Assembly: GCA_965262245.1 (NCBI GenBank)
Contig: OZ253507.1
Span: 1,148,695 to 1,212,694 of the forward strand
Source of the DNA: Candidatus Marinacidobacterales bacterium
GTDB taxonomy: Bacteria; Acidobacteriota; Vicinamibacteria; Marinacidobacterales; SMYC01
DNA length: 64,000 nucleotides
Direction: 5' to 3'
Below are positions 51,642 to 60,436 of this stretch, piece by piece (position 1 is the stretch's first letter; each line of letters starts with the position of its first letter). A program made the position numbers and the translations under genes. The notes beneath the pieces are model-generated. The model ran no database searches, was not told the DNA's origin, and saw only the letters and a list, made by a program, of their open reading frames with translations.

Positions 51642-52970
51642 TTACTTGGTCGCGATGACCGCGTAGTCCTGGTCCGCAAACAGCAGCGCGTTGAGCTTTT
51701 CGAAGTTTTGATTGACGGTGTCGGCCGCATCCGTCGAGCCCATCACCGGAAGCAGGCGTGCGCGCTCGCCGACCGGGCTCGTGTAACGGATGGTCACTTC
51801 GGAAAAGCCCACGGCGCGCAGCAGGAAGTCGAGGGTCTCGGGGTGAAGCGGTTTTTCGTGGGTGAGGTCCCGGTAGAACGATTCCACGAGTGCTATGACG
51901 CTCGTGGGGTTCACGGTCTCGAGGATGATGCGGCCTTGGGGTCGAAGCACGCGGTAGCCGTCGGCGAGCACTTTTCTCAGAAGCGACGGCGGCAAGTGCT
52001 CGATCACTTGGGCCGCGAAGATACTGCCTGCCGATCCAGCTGCGCGGTCGGCGAGGACGGTCACGAGATCGCCGACTTTCGCCTCGACGCCTTTGTCCCG
52101 GCAGGCATGGACCATCTCGCGATTGCCGTCCACGCCTTCCGCCTCGATACCCGCTTCTTTCAAGAGCTCGAGAAACTCCCCGCGCCCGCAACCGAGCTCG
52201 AGCACCGGGCCCTTTCCCTCGAAGTAGGCGACGTAGTCGGCGAGCCGTTCCCGAATCGCATCGGAGCTTCCGCGGAAGCGCTCCTCGAAAGCGAGATAGT
52301 GCTCCGCTTCGAGATTGGGGGGGCTATCTGCTCGTGCGGGGTTCTCGCCGGAGACGCGCGCCGCGACTCCGTGGAGCTCCGCCCGCGCCACCGCGAGCGA
52401 CGAATCCATGCCTTCGACCCGTTCTTTGAGAGCACGGAGGCCGAGCTGAACACGCTCGAGGCGCTTGTCCATCGCCACTAACAGCAAATCGGCGCGCTCG
52501 TTGCCGAGGGATGCGTAGAGCCGGTCCTTTGCGTCGGCCAACCGGTCGATGCGCTGAGAAAATCCGACGAGCGCCGAGGTGAACTCGGCTTGCGCAGCCT
52601 GGGCGCGGTTCGATGTCTCGGCGAAGCGGTTCAAGAACTGCACGAGGCTCGAGTTGAAGCTCCGCTGCTGCTCGAGTGCCTGCCCGAGCGCTCGAAGCTC
52701 GGGCTCGACGAGGCGCCGGGCGATGTCTCGCGCGAGCCCTTTCAAGCCGCCCACACCCGTCCCTTCCGTGGTTTCCGCCGGCTCCGAGGCGATGAGCGCG
52801 CTCGACTGATTGAGACTCACGAGCAGCTCCGGGAGCGTGCCGTCCTGGTCGTAAGGTGCGCGCGTTCCCGAAAGAGCGTCGAGCTTCGCGAGTAGCTCCG
52901 CGTAGAGCTCTTCTTCGTCGTGAAGTTTTTCTTTGAGCTCGGAGACGGTGGGCTGTGTGGACAAGGTCAA
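51642..52970 (-). CDS. Coiled-coil plus SAM methyltransferase (glycan chain-terminator-like)
   Basis: YLAFEERFRGS, LGCGRGEFL, QVIEHL, DLTHEKP. Confidence 0.8.
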   Translation of the reverse strand: MTLSTQPTVSELKEKLHDEEELYAELLAKLDALSGTRAPYDQDGTLPELLVSLNQSSALIASEPAETTEGTGVGGLKGLARDIARRLVEPELRALGQALEQQRSFNSSLVQFLNRFAETSNRAQAAQAEFTSALVGFSQRIDRLADAKDRLYASLGNERADLLLVAMDKRLERVQLGLRALKERVEGMDSSLAVARAELHGVAARVSGENPARADSPPNLEAEHYLAFEERFRGSSDAIRERLADYVAYFEGKGPVLELGCGRGEFLELLKEAGIEAEGVDGNREMVHACRDKGVEAKVGDLVTVLADRAAGSAGSIFAAQVIEHLPPSLLRKVLADGYRVLRPQGRIILETVNPTSVIALVESFYRDLTHEKPLHPETLDFLLRAVGFSEVTIRYTSPVGERARLLPVMGSTDAADTVNQNFEKLNALLFADQDYAVIATK

Positions 52971-52981
52971 GGGCGCTTACG

Positions 52982-53758
52982 TCAAAAACTGCTGCTGCTT
53001 CCCACGACACCCTCGAGGGGGCTGCTCGCGCTTGCATAGCGTCGTCTCGGCATCCGGCCGGCTTCGAAGGCGAGCCGCCCCGCAAAAACGGCGCGCTTCA
53101 TCGCGTCGGCCATCTTGACGGGGTCCTTCGCCTCGGCGATGGCGGTGTTCATCAGAACACCATCCGCGCCGAGCTCCATCGCGACGGCAGCGTCGGAAGC
53201 CGTGCCGACACCGGCATCAACGATCATCGGGACGGAGATCGCCTCTCGTATCAAGAGCAAGTTGTTCGGGTTTTGGATCCCGAGGCCCGAGCCGATGGGA
53301 GCGCCGAGCGGCATGACCGCCGCTGCGCCTGCATCTTCGAGCTTCTTGGCGACGACGACGTCGTCATTCGTATAAGGCAGAACGACGAAGCCCTCCTTCA
53401 CGAGCGTGCGCGTTGCTTTCAAGAGTGCTTCGGTGTCGGGAAACAAAGTCTTTTCGTCGCCAATCACTTCGAGCTTGACCCAGTTCGAAAGCCCCGCCTC
53501 GCGGCCTAGCCGGGCGGTGCGCACCGCGTCGTCCTCGGTGTAGCACGCTGCCGTATTTGGGAGCAGCATGAATCGATCGCGGTCGATGTAATCGAGCAAC
53601 GTCTCTTTCGAGCGGTCGGTCAAGTTGACGCGGCGCACGGCGACGGTGACCACCTCCGTAGCCGAGATCTCGTGGCAGGAGCGCATGAGCTCGAAGCTCG
53701 CATACTTGCCCGTCCCGAGAATGAGACGGGAGCCGAGCTCTTTATCCGCGATGCGCAT
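52982..53758 (-). CDS. thiG: Thiazole synthase
   Basis: GTGKY, LPNTA, VKLEV, PIGSGLG, DAGVG, ASSP. Confidence 0.96.
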   Translation of the reverse strand: MRIADKELGSRLILGTGKYASFELMRSCHEISATEVVTVAVRRVNLTDRSKETLLDYIDRDRFMLLPNTAACYTEDDAVRTARLGREAGLSNWVKLEVIGDEKTLFPDTEALLKATRTLVKEGFVVLPYTNDDVVVAKKLEDAGAAAVMPLGAPIGSGLGIQNPNNLLLIREAISVPMIVDAGVGTASDAAVAMELGADGVLMNTAIAEAKDPVKMADAMKRAVFAGRLAFEAGRMPRRRYASASSPLEGVVGSSSSF

Positions 53759-53785
53759 GGAGGCCAAGCTTACTGCGAATCCCGA

Positions 53786-53986
53786 TCAGCCGCCACCGAC
53801 GAACGTGACGACTTCGACCTCATCGCCATCCTTCACGGTGACGACGGTGAACTCCGAGCGCGTCAAGATGCGGCGATTGACTTCGACGGCAACGCGCTCG
53901 GACGCGACCCCGAGCGTGTCCAAAAGGGCGTGGATGGTCACACGGCCCGGAAGAGCGTGCGGTTCTCCGTTCAGCCGAATCTGCAA
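53786..53986 (-). CDS. thiS: Sulfur carrier protein
   Basis: 66 aa ending VGGG, adjacent to thiG. Confidence 0.92.
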   Translation of the reverse strand: MQIRLNGEPHALPGRVTIHALLDTLGVASERVAVEVNRRILTRSEFTVVTVKDGDEVEVVTFVGGG

Positions 53987-54010
53987 AGCGTGTCAGGATG
54001 TCCGGTTGTG

Positions 54011-54361
54011 CTACTTCTTATCGCCCTTCTTGTTGGCGGCCAGGTAGTTCAGGATGACTTGATCGAGGCTCTGGTCACTGACATTCGTGGCATCATTGAG
54101 CAAGCCTGCGTCCTTGTCGAATTGGCCCCGCTTGACTTCATCGATCACGCGACGATGCTGGTCTTCCATGAACTTGATGACGGTTTTTTCATCGTAACCG
54201 TTGGGCAAGAATTTGGAATAGGCGGTCCGCCGCGCGCCTAGAATCTCGCCTCCCTTGTAAATGAGGGATCCGACCATCGGGTTGTCTTTACCTTTGTCCT
54301 CGGTCTGGACATGGTACGTCTCACCCTTATAGGGAACGTCGGTGTTGAAACCAGTGATCAT
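54011..54361 (-). CDS. Conserved hypothetical protein
   Basis: MITGFNTDV..YHVQTEDKG..GGEIL..QH; clean ORF. Confidence 0.7.
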   Translation of the reverse strand: MITGFNTDVPYKGETYHVQTEDKGKDNPMVGSLIYKGGEILGARRTAYSKFLPNGYDEKTVIKFMEDQHRRVIDEVKRGQFDKDAGLLNDATNVSDQSLDQVILNYLAANKKGDKK

Positions 54362-54545
54362 CGAAAGAAGCTCTTCTCGTCGGCAAGCCCCAGTGAACGA
54401 GCCCGCGCCGGCCCGCGCGAGGGCGTAGGGGTGGTCACATTAGACTCAAACGTTCGGAATCATTGTCTTACCGCGGGTGCTACGATGTCAAGTCATCCAA
54501 TGACCCACTTTTGCACGGATAGTACCCGGGTTTCCGATTCCTAGA

Positions 54546-55874
54546 ATGAGCCTTCCCACAGCGATTCCTCTCTTGAGCCTGCTCTTGGCCGTTCCGGCTG
54601 TGGGAAGTCTCGTTTGCGGCCTATTGGGCCCGAAGCGGCTCTCGGCAGCGCGCTGGGTCACGGGCGTCTGTTCGTCGGCCACGCTGATTCTCACGTCGAT
54701 CACGGCCTTTCTGTTTTTCGGCTCGGAATCGGCTAACGGGATCTGGGAATCTCGGACTCTCATTGAAATGACGGGCGTCAACTGGACTCTCGGTCTCGAC
54801 GGCTTCAGCTTGGCTTTGGTGTGCTGGGCGGCTCTCGCGAGCTCCGTGGCGCTCGCGTTTTGCGCGCCTTTTGATGGGCGCGCGGCCGTCTGGATTCTGC
54901 TCGCCGAATCCATGGCGCTGGGTCTTTTCCTCGCCCGAGATGCGTATCTTCTCTTGGTGTTCTATGGCGGGCTCATCGTAGCGATAGCACTTCTTGCCGG
55001 CGCGCGGCGTCGTTACTTGGTGTTCCAGCTTGCCGGCCTCACGCTTTTGTTCGGGTTTTTCGTTCGCTGTTATCAGCTCGTCTTTTTGCAGACCGGCTTC
55101 GCTTCGACGGATCTGTTGCGTTTGCAAACGCTCGTGCTCTACCCAGATGCGGAACGGACGCTTTTTCTCGTCGCATTTGCCGGGGTTGCCTTTGCGCTTC
55201 CCGTCGTGCCGGTCGGGTCGTGGTTGTCGCCGCTCCTCGAAAGCGCGTCGCGTCAGGGGCGTCTCGTGGTGACGGCTCTATCGAGCCTCATGGGAAGCTA
55301 TCTCCTGTTCCGGCTCGTGCTGCCGATTTGCAAAAGCGGCGCGTTTTTGTGGAGCGAGCTCGTCTTGGCTCTCGCGATCCTGACGCTCGGCTACGGCGCG
55401 CTCGCCCCCGGGCGTCCGTGGGCGCGTCTCGTCGCCTCACACCAGGCGCTCGTTCTGCTCGGGCTCTTTTCGTTTCAGGAAATAGGTGTAACGGGGGCCG
55501 CACTCCAAATGCTGGCGCTTGCGGCTGGGGTGACGGGACTCGCGCTTTCGAACGCGCGCGCCCTCCTCGGTTTCTTTGTTCTGTTTCTGACGGTGTCGCC
55601 GCTTCTGTGGGTGTTGCCGGCGCAGTGGTCGCACTCGCGGAGTTTTGCCGCGCTCGCCGCACTCGGCTTCTTGATGCTGTCGCTCCGTCTTTGGCGCGAG
55701 ACGGTCGCCCGGGCACGCGAGCCCGCGGAACCCAAGCGCGGGCTCTTGCTTGCTATCCCGGTCGCCTTTTGGTGTCTTTCGATGATCGTGTTTCCCGGAG
55801 CGTGGCATGACTTGCTGTCGCCCGCGGCCCGGGACGTGCTACCGCCCTCCGCGGTGGCGGAGGAACAACGGTGA
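54546..55874 (+). CDS. Divergent NuoM/MrpD-like membrane protein
   Basis: LGLDGFS, SWL, SH..LVLLGLF, GAALQM remnants of NuoM. Confidence 0.7.
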   Translation: MSLPTAIPLLSLLLAVPAVGSLVCGLLGPKRLSAARWVTGVCSSATLILTSITAFLFFGSESANGIWESRTLIEMTGVNWTLGLDGFSLALVCWAALASSVALAFCAPFDGRAAVWILLAESMALGLFLARDAYLLLVFYGGLIVAIALLAGARRRYLVFQLAGLTLLFGFFVRCYQLVFLQTGFASTDLLRLQTLVLYPDAERTLFLVAFAGVAFALPVVPVGSWLSPLLESASRQGRLVVTALSSLMGSYLLFRLVLPICKSGAFLWSELVLALAILTLGYGALAPGRPWARLVASHQALVLLGLFSFQEIGVTGAALQMLALAAGVTGLALSNARALLGFFVLFLTVSPLLWVLPAQWSHSRSFAALAALGFLMLSLRLWRETVARAREPAEPKRGLLLAIPVAFWCLSMIVFPGAWHDLLSPAARDVLPPSAVAEEQR

Positions 55875-57046
55875 CGCTCGCGGCCGTGACGCCCGCGGTG
55901 ATATTGCTCCTGGGTGCTCTCTGGACGGAGCGCCGGGGCGGAGCACGTGTGGGGTTCGTCGCCATAGGCGCTGCGCTCACCGCGGTGGCTTGGATGGCGC
56001 GCGCGCCGCGGTGGGGAAGCTCGGGCACATTCGATGGCGACCCGTTCAGCCTCTTCTTGACCGGCTTGATCCTCGTAGAGCTCGCCGTTGCCTGGGTCGT
56101 CGACGCGACTTCATCGCAGTCGCGACGTCTTGCGACCGCCGCAGCGCTCGTACTCGCCGTCTCGACCCGGAACGTCGTATGGATCTTTCTCGGTTTCGAA
56201 GCGGCGGCGCTCGCCTATTTGGAACCGCGAAGGCGCTCTCTCGGGGCCCTCGTGGCCCTCGTGGCCTCGGCAACGTCGCTGTCCGGTCTTCTGCTCCTAG
56301 CCGTCACGGGCGGAACCGATCTGGCTTTTCTCGAGCCGTCGCCATGGGCCGTAGTGGGTCTCACGCTTTTCTCGTGCGGGCTCGTTCTCAAATGGCTCGG
56401 CGCGAGTGCTTCGCCTCGTTTCGAAACGCTCGCCATGGGGGTAGCGCTCGTCGCTTATTGGGTGCGCCTCGTGTCTTGGACGCCGGAGCTTCCATCCGTT
56501 GGGCTGGGGCTCGGCGAGGTCTTGGCGTGGGGTGGCATGATGATCGGAGGGCTCGGTGCTGCCCTAGCGGGGCGCACGCGGCTGTGTCTTGCGTGGATCG
56601 GTGTTGCGCAGGTTGGCCTCGCCATTCTGGGAACGATGGCCGGAGCGCCGTCGCTCCCCCACGTCCTTGTGCATCTCGCGGCGTCGACACTATCGATTCT
56701 GCTCTTGGCTTCCCTCGTTTCGGGAGAGAAGAGCCGCGCTGTCCCGGCTATTTGGATCCTTGCCTTGTCGCTCGCGTCCCTGCCGCCATTTGCAGGTTTC
56801 GTGACGAAGTTTCCTCTTCTCGCGACGTTGCCGGTCGGTGCGACCGTCGCCGCTCTGCTCGGAACTTTTCTGGTCGGGATCGGTTGCGCGCGTCTCGTCG
56901 CCCGCGTGAAAAGGGAAGAGGGGGAAGAGAAGAAGGCGTGGCCTGCGACGGTCGCGGCGCTCGCGCTCGCGGTCGCGCTCTCGCTCGGCCCTTTCGCGAA
57001 CCTGCTCTACCGCTTAGCGTCCCGCGCCGCCACGGGTTTGTTTTAG
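55871..57046 (+). CDS. Divergent NuoN-like membrane protein
   Basis: DPFSLF, IFLGFE, GLVLK, SLASLPPFAGFVTKF. Confidence 0.7.
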   Translation: MTLAAVTPAVILLLGALWTERRGGARVGFVAIGAALTAVAWMARAPRWGSSGTFDGDPFSLFLTGLILVELAVAWVVDATSSQSRRLATAAALVLAVSTRNVVWIFLGFEAAALAYLEPRRRSLGALVALVASATSLSGLLLLAVTGGTDLAFLEPSPWAVVGLTLFSCGLVLKWLGASASPRFETLAMGVALVAYWVRLVSWTPELPSVGLGLGEVLAWGGMMIGGLGAALAGRTRLCLAWIGVAQVGLAILGTMAGAPSLPHVLVHLAASTLSILLLASLVSGEKSRAVPAIWILALSLASLPPFAGFVTKFPLLATLPVGATVAALLGTFLVGIGCARLVARVKREEGEEKKAWPATVAALALAVALSLGPFANLLYRLASRAATGLF

Positions 57047-57047
57047 T

Positions 57048-57114
57048 GTCCGTGATCCGAGTGGCTACCGGCTTTCGGCTAACCGCTTCCGAAGGGCTGT
57101 GCTCTTTCGCGGAC
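57048..57114. repeat. Hairpin with internal heptamer repeats between convergent genes
   Basis: GTCCGTGA/TCGCGGAC closing stem; GGCTACC-GGCTTTC-GGCTAAC-CGCTTCC. Confidence 0.5.
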
Positions 57115-57115
57115 C

Positions 57116-58543
57116 CTAAGCCTGAATGCTGATTAGCGCCGCTCGGAGGGCGTCCTCGTCTTGCTCGGCGACGGTGCGCAGGTCGATGAGAACACGGCCG
57201 TCGACGATCCGCGCGATCACGGGAGGCCGATGGGCGCGAAGCGCGGTCACGATCCTCTGAGCTGGCGTCGAAGGGTCCACGATCGTGATCGCATAGCTCG
57301 CGATCTCCGCGTCGACGGCCGCACCCCCGCCGATGCGTGACGTGGTGGCAACGATGGCGAGCTCCAGCGGACCCGTGTCTCCGAGAGAGGCGATGAACCG
57401 TTCCGCGCGGCCCCGTATCGCTGAGCGCGGCGCCGACAACATGCGAAGCACGGGGATTTCTTTGGTGGCTTTGCCCTCCACAAAGGAAAGAAGGGTGGCC
57501 TCGAGCGCCGCATAGGTGAGCTTGTCAACGCGGAGCGCGCGCGCCATCGGATTCTTGCGGCACGAGTCGATCGCGTTACTCTCGCCGACGAGGATGCCTG
57601 CTTGCGGCCCTCCGAGCAGCTTGTCTCCCGAGAAGATCGAGAGGTGGACACCGCTCGCGAGGCTTTGAGCAACGGTGGGCTCGTGCGGAAGGGAGAACGG
57701 CGCGAGTGAAAGAAGATTGCCGCTGCCGAAATCTTCGATGACGGTGAGGCCGCGTTCTCGACCGAGCTCGGCGAGCTCCTCGGTCGAGGCGGACTCGGTG
57801 AAGCCGACGATGCGAAAATTCGAAGGGTGCACTCTCAAGAGCACTCCCGTCTCGGGACCGATCGCTTGCTCGTAATCGGCGATGCGCGTTTTGTTCGTCG
57901 TGCCGACCTCGCAAAGACGCGCGCCGCTCCGGGCGAGAATGTCGGGCACGCGAAACGAACCTCCGATCTCGACGAGCTCGCCACGGGAGATGACGACTTC
58001 TTTGCCGAGAGAGAACGTATTCAAGCTCAACATGACCGCAGCGGCGGCATTGTTCACGACGAGCGCGCTCTTTCCAGGAAACAAGCGAGACAACAAGTGT
58101 GAAGCGTGTTGGTGACGGCTTCCGCGCTTTCCCGTTTCGAGATCGAGCTCGAGGTTCGTATATCCGCGCGCGATCTCGGAGATAGCGTCGACAGCGCGGT
58201 CCGACAGAGGGCTCCGACCTAGATTCGTGTGGACGATGATGCCCGTCCCATTGATGGCGGGCCGCAAGCTCGCACGGATTTCTGCGCGAAGCTTCTCGCC
58301 CACGGCCTCCTCGAGCGCCGCGATTCTCACTTCGAGCTCGTCTTCCGTCAGGCCCTCCGTGACCGCTCTACGAAGCTCAGCGCACACGGTTCGAGCGGCG
58401 TCCGTGACCGCCTGTCTTCCGAACGCGTTCGCGAGGGATTGGACTGCCGGTCGCGACAGAATTCGCTCGATGCTCGGCACAAGCCTCAAGAGCGTTTTGC
58501 GGCGGTCGGGCGAGGAGGTCGTCGTGGTGAGCCTCTTTGACAA
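57116..58543 (-). CDS. selA: L-seryl-tRNA(Sec) selenium transferase
   Basis: INGTGIIVHTNLGRS, VNN, SRGELVEIGGSFR, VHPSNF, FSGDKLLGGPQAG. Confidence 0.96.
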   Translation of the reverse strand: MSKRLTTTTSSPDRRKTLLRLVPSIERILSRPAVQSLANAFGRQAVTDAARTVCAELRRAVTEGLTEDELEVRIAALEEAVGEKLRAEIRASLRPAINGTGIIVHTNLGRSPLSDRAVDAISEIARGYTNLELDLETGKRGSRHQHASHLLSRLFPGKSALVVNNAAAAVMLSLNTFSLGKEVVISRGELVEIGGSFRVPDILARSGARLCEVGTTNKTRIADYEQAIGPETGVLLRVHPSNFRIVGFTESASTEELAELGRERGLTVIEDFGSGNLLSLAPFSLPHEPTVAQSLASGVHLSIFSGDKLLGGPQAGILVGESNAIDSCRKNPMARALRVDKLTYAALEATLLSFVEGKATKEIPVLRMLSAPRSAIRGRAERFIASLGDTGPLELAIVATTSRIGGGAAVDAEIASYAITIVDPSTPAQRIVTALRAHRPPVIARIVDGRVLIDLRTVAEQDEDALRAALISIQA

Positions 58544-58638
58544 CTTGGAACCTTGGACGCTAGGATTTTACCATGGGCCCAGCAGGCTAGTGAAAAAGTA
58601 CCCGTTCCTGCGGGAGCACGTATTAAGATCTGGAGACC

Positions 58639-59079
58639 ATGCCGGACGAACGCCCGAAGAACTTCATCGAACGCCTGCCCGCGATCATCGATCGAGGTGA
58701 AGAGGATGTCTCTCATCTCGAACCCGAGATGATCGAGATTCTCTACCCGGAGCGTGCCGATAAATCTTTTTACGTGACGGTCGTCTTCGGACCGCCGCCT
58801 GCCGGGGGAGACGATCCCGATGCGGCGCAAAGTGCCTATGAACGGGCGCTCGCGATTGCGCGAAATTCGAAGCGCTATCGCTCGGAAGGCAGCGGCAACT
58901 ACGTGCGGCATTTCGCCACTTTCGGGATCGACGACGTCAACGCCCTTCACGACCTCTTTAATCTCGTCAGCGAGTATCCGAGCTGCGAGATCCTCGTGCG
59001 CGGCAAACGCGTCCCCTATGGGCGCGAGCTATGGCTTCCTCTACTATGGTTCTTTCGCAAAGATCCTCTGGAGATGTAG
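58639..59079 (+). CDS. Hypothetical protein
   Basis: SD GGAG; PYGRELWLPLLWF motif. Confidence 0.7.
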   Translation: MPDERPKNFIERLPAIIDRGEEDVSHLEPEMIEILYPERADKSFYVTVVFGPPPAGGDDPDAAQSAYERALAIARNSKRYRSEGSGNYVRHFATFGIDDVNALHDLFNLVSEYPSCEILVRGKRVPYGRELWLPLLWFFRKDPLEM

Positions 59080-59084
59080 ACGAC

Positions 59085-59633
59085 ATGGGTTTCAAAGCGG
59101 ACATGGCCACGTTCCAAGCAAAGTTCAGGGATCTCGAGCGCGAATACGAGCAATGGTTCTCGGGTGCTTTGCGCACGCCGCCGTGGAACACGCAAGAAAT
59201 CTGCGAAAGAATCATCAATCAGTACAGCCGCAACCCTTCCGGGAACCTCTCGGAACAAACAGTCTTCTCTATGCACCAAGCGAAGTTCAACACCTATATG
59301 GAAATGTGGAATCGGCGGATACGTCTCAAAGAAGAAGGGAAGCTTCCGACCGGACGAGAGGAACGCTCGAAGCGCGTTGTCGCGTCCCCGCCGCGGCCGC
59401 AGAGTGCTGAAAGCGGAAGCGGCGACCCTTATAAGAAGGTGTTCGAGAACTACGTTACCGCGAAACGGCAAGCCGGCGAGTCCACGGAAAAGCTCAACTA
59501 TGACAGTTTTAGAAACGCGCTCAAGAAGCAGGCCGATCAGCTTCGCGCGAGCCGCGGCATTCAAAACGTGAACTTCGGCGTCTCGTTGAAGGACGGAAAA
59601 GTCTCCGTGGTCGCGAGACGCAAGAAATCATAA
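59085..59633 (+). CDS. Protein with MXAN_5187 C-terminal-like domain
   Basis: EYEQWFSG..PP; YKKVFENYVTAKRQAGE..F.VSLKDGKV. Confidence 0.7.
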   Translation: MGFKADMATFQAKFRDLEREYEQWFSGALRTPPWNTQEICERIINQYSRNPSGNLSEQTVFSMHQAKFNTYMEMWNRRIRLKEEGKLPTGREERSKRVVASPPRPQSAESGSGDPYKKVFENYVTAKRQAGESTEKLNYDSFRNALKKQADQLRASRGIQNVNFGVSLKDGKVSVVARRKKS

Positions 59634-59641
59634 AATCACCT

Positions 59642-60400
59642 ATGCGCGCGAGACCGCTCGTCCGGGTATGGCTGGTCGCGCTCGTTGTCCTTCTTCTGCG
59701 TAGCGCCTCCGCGGAGGCGTGGCCGAAAGAGGCCTACCGAGCGATGGTCTATGACACACTGCGGCTTCTTCCGCCGCGGCTTTCCCGCGTGCTCTTGAAG
59801 CGTGAAGCCGCCATCCTTCGCGGCGTTCGGAGTCTCGAGGGCGAAACGGCGTCGATGATCGCGCGCGACGGCGTACGCGGGCGGCTCTCGGCGGCTCTCG
59901 TCAAAGACGTGGAGACGCGGATCGAGCAGGTCGTGCGCATGGTGGGAGAGCACGACTCGTTCGACGACACCGCCTACGAGCTCGGCCGCTTGCTGCGCAT
60001 TGCAGCCGATCTCGCAGACCCCGTGATCCTCGGGGCGGGCCGGCGCGACCTGCAACGGGTGGCGCCAGAGCTCTACCGATATGTTGATCTCAACTTGACG
60101 AAGTTCCCGCTCGTTCATGACGGAGCGCTCTCGTCGCCCCTCGGAGGCGCCTCGATCGGACGCCTTCTCGTCGAAGTGACTTCGGCGACGAGCGCGTCGG
60201 TGGCGCCTCTCTCGAAGGCCTTCTGGCGCGACGGCCGGATCGTGTCGGCCCGAAGCTTTGATTTCCGCTCCGTTCCCTACGCGGAGACATCGCTCAACTA
60301 CTCGCGCGGCGTGACGGCGGCTTCTTATCTGTGGCTCTCCGCGTGGGCCAAAGCGAACGGCGACTTCATCGGATATCGATTCGCCCCGAACAAGCCCTGA
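59642..60400 (+). CDS. Exported hypothetical protein, phospholipase C/P1 nuclease-like fold (tentative)
   Basis: Signal peptide AEA|WP; LGRLLRIAADLADP. Confidence 0.55.
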   Translation: MRARPLVRVWLVALVVLLLRSASAEAWPKEAYRAMVYDTLRLLPPRLSRVLLKREAAILRGVRSLEGETASMIARDGVRGRLSAALVKDVETRIEQVVRMVGEHDSFDDTAYELGRLLRIAADLADPVILGAGRRDLQRVAPELYRYVDLNLTKFPLVHDGALSSPLGGASIGRLLVEVTSATSASVAPLSKAFWRDGRIVSARSFDFRSVPYAETSLNYSRGVTAASYLWLSAWAKANGDFIGYRFAPNKP

Positions 60401-60436
60401 CCGGCAAGGCGCCCTCCGCTGTAGAATCGGCCCATC

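Noticed and set aside
54362..54545. TPP riboswitch upstream of the thiS/thiG run
   Set aside because: No UGAGA or CUGAU..AUNC..GCGNAGGGA core recognised on the minus strand.
57047..57115. tRNA-Sec (selC) downstream of selA
   Set aside because: Too short (~70 nt); no TCA anticodon arm, T-loop or CCA.
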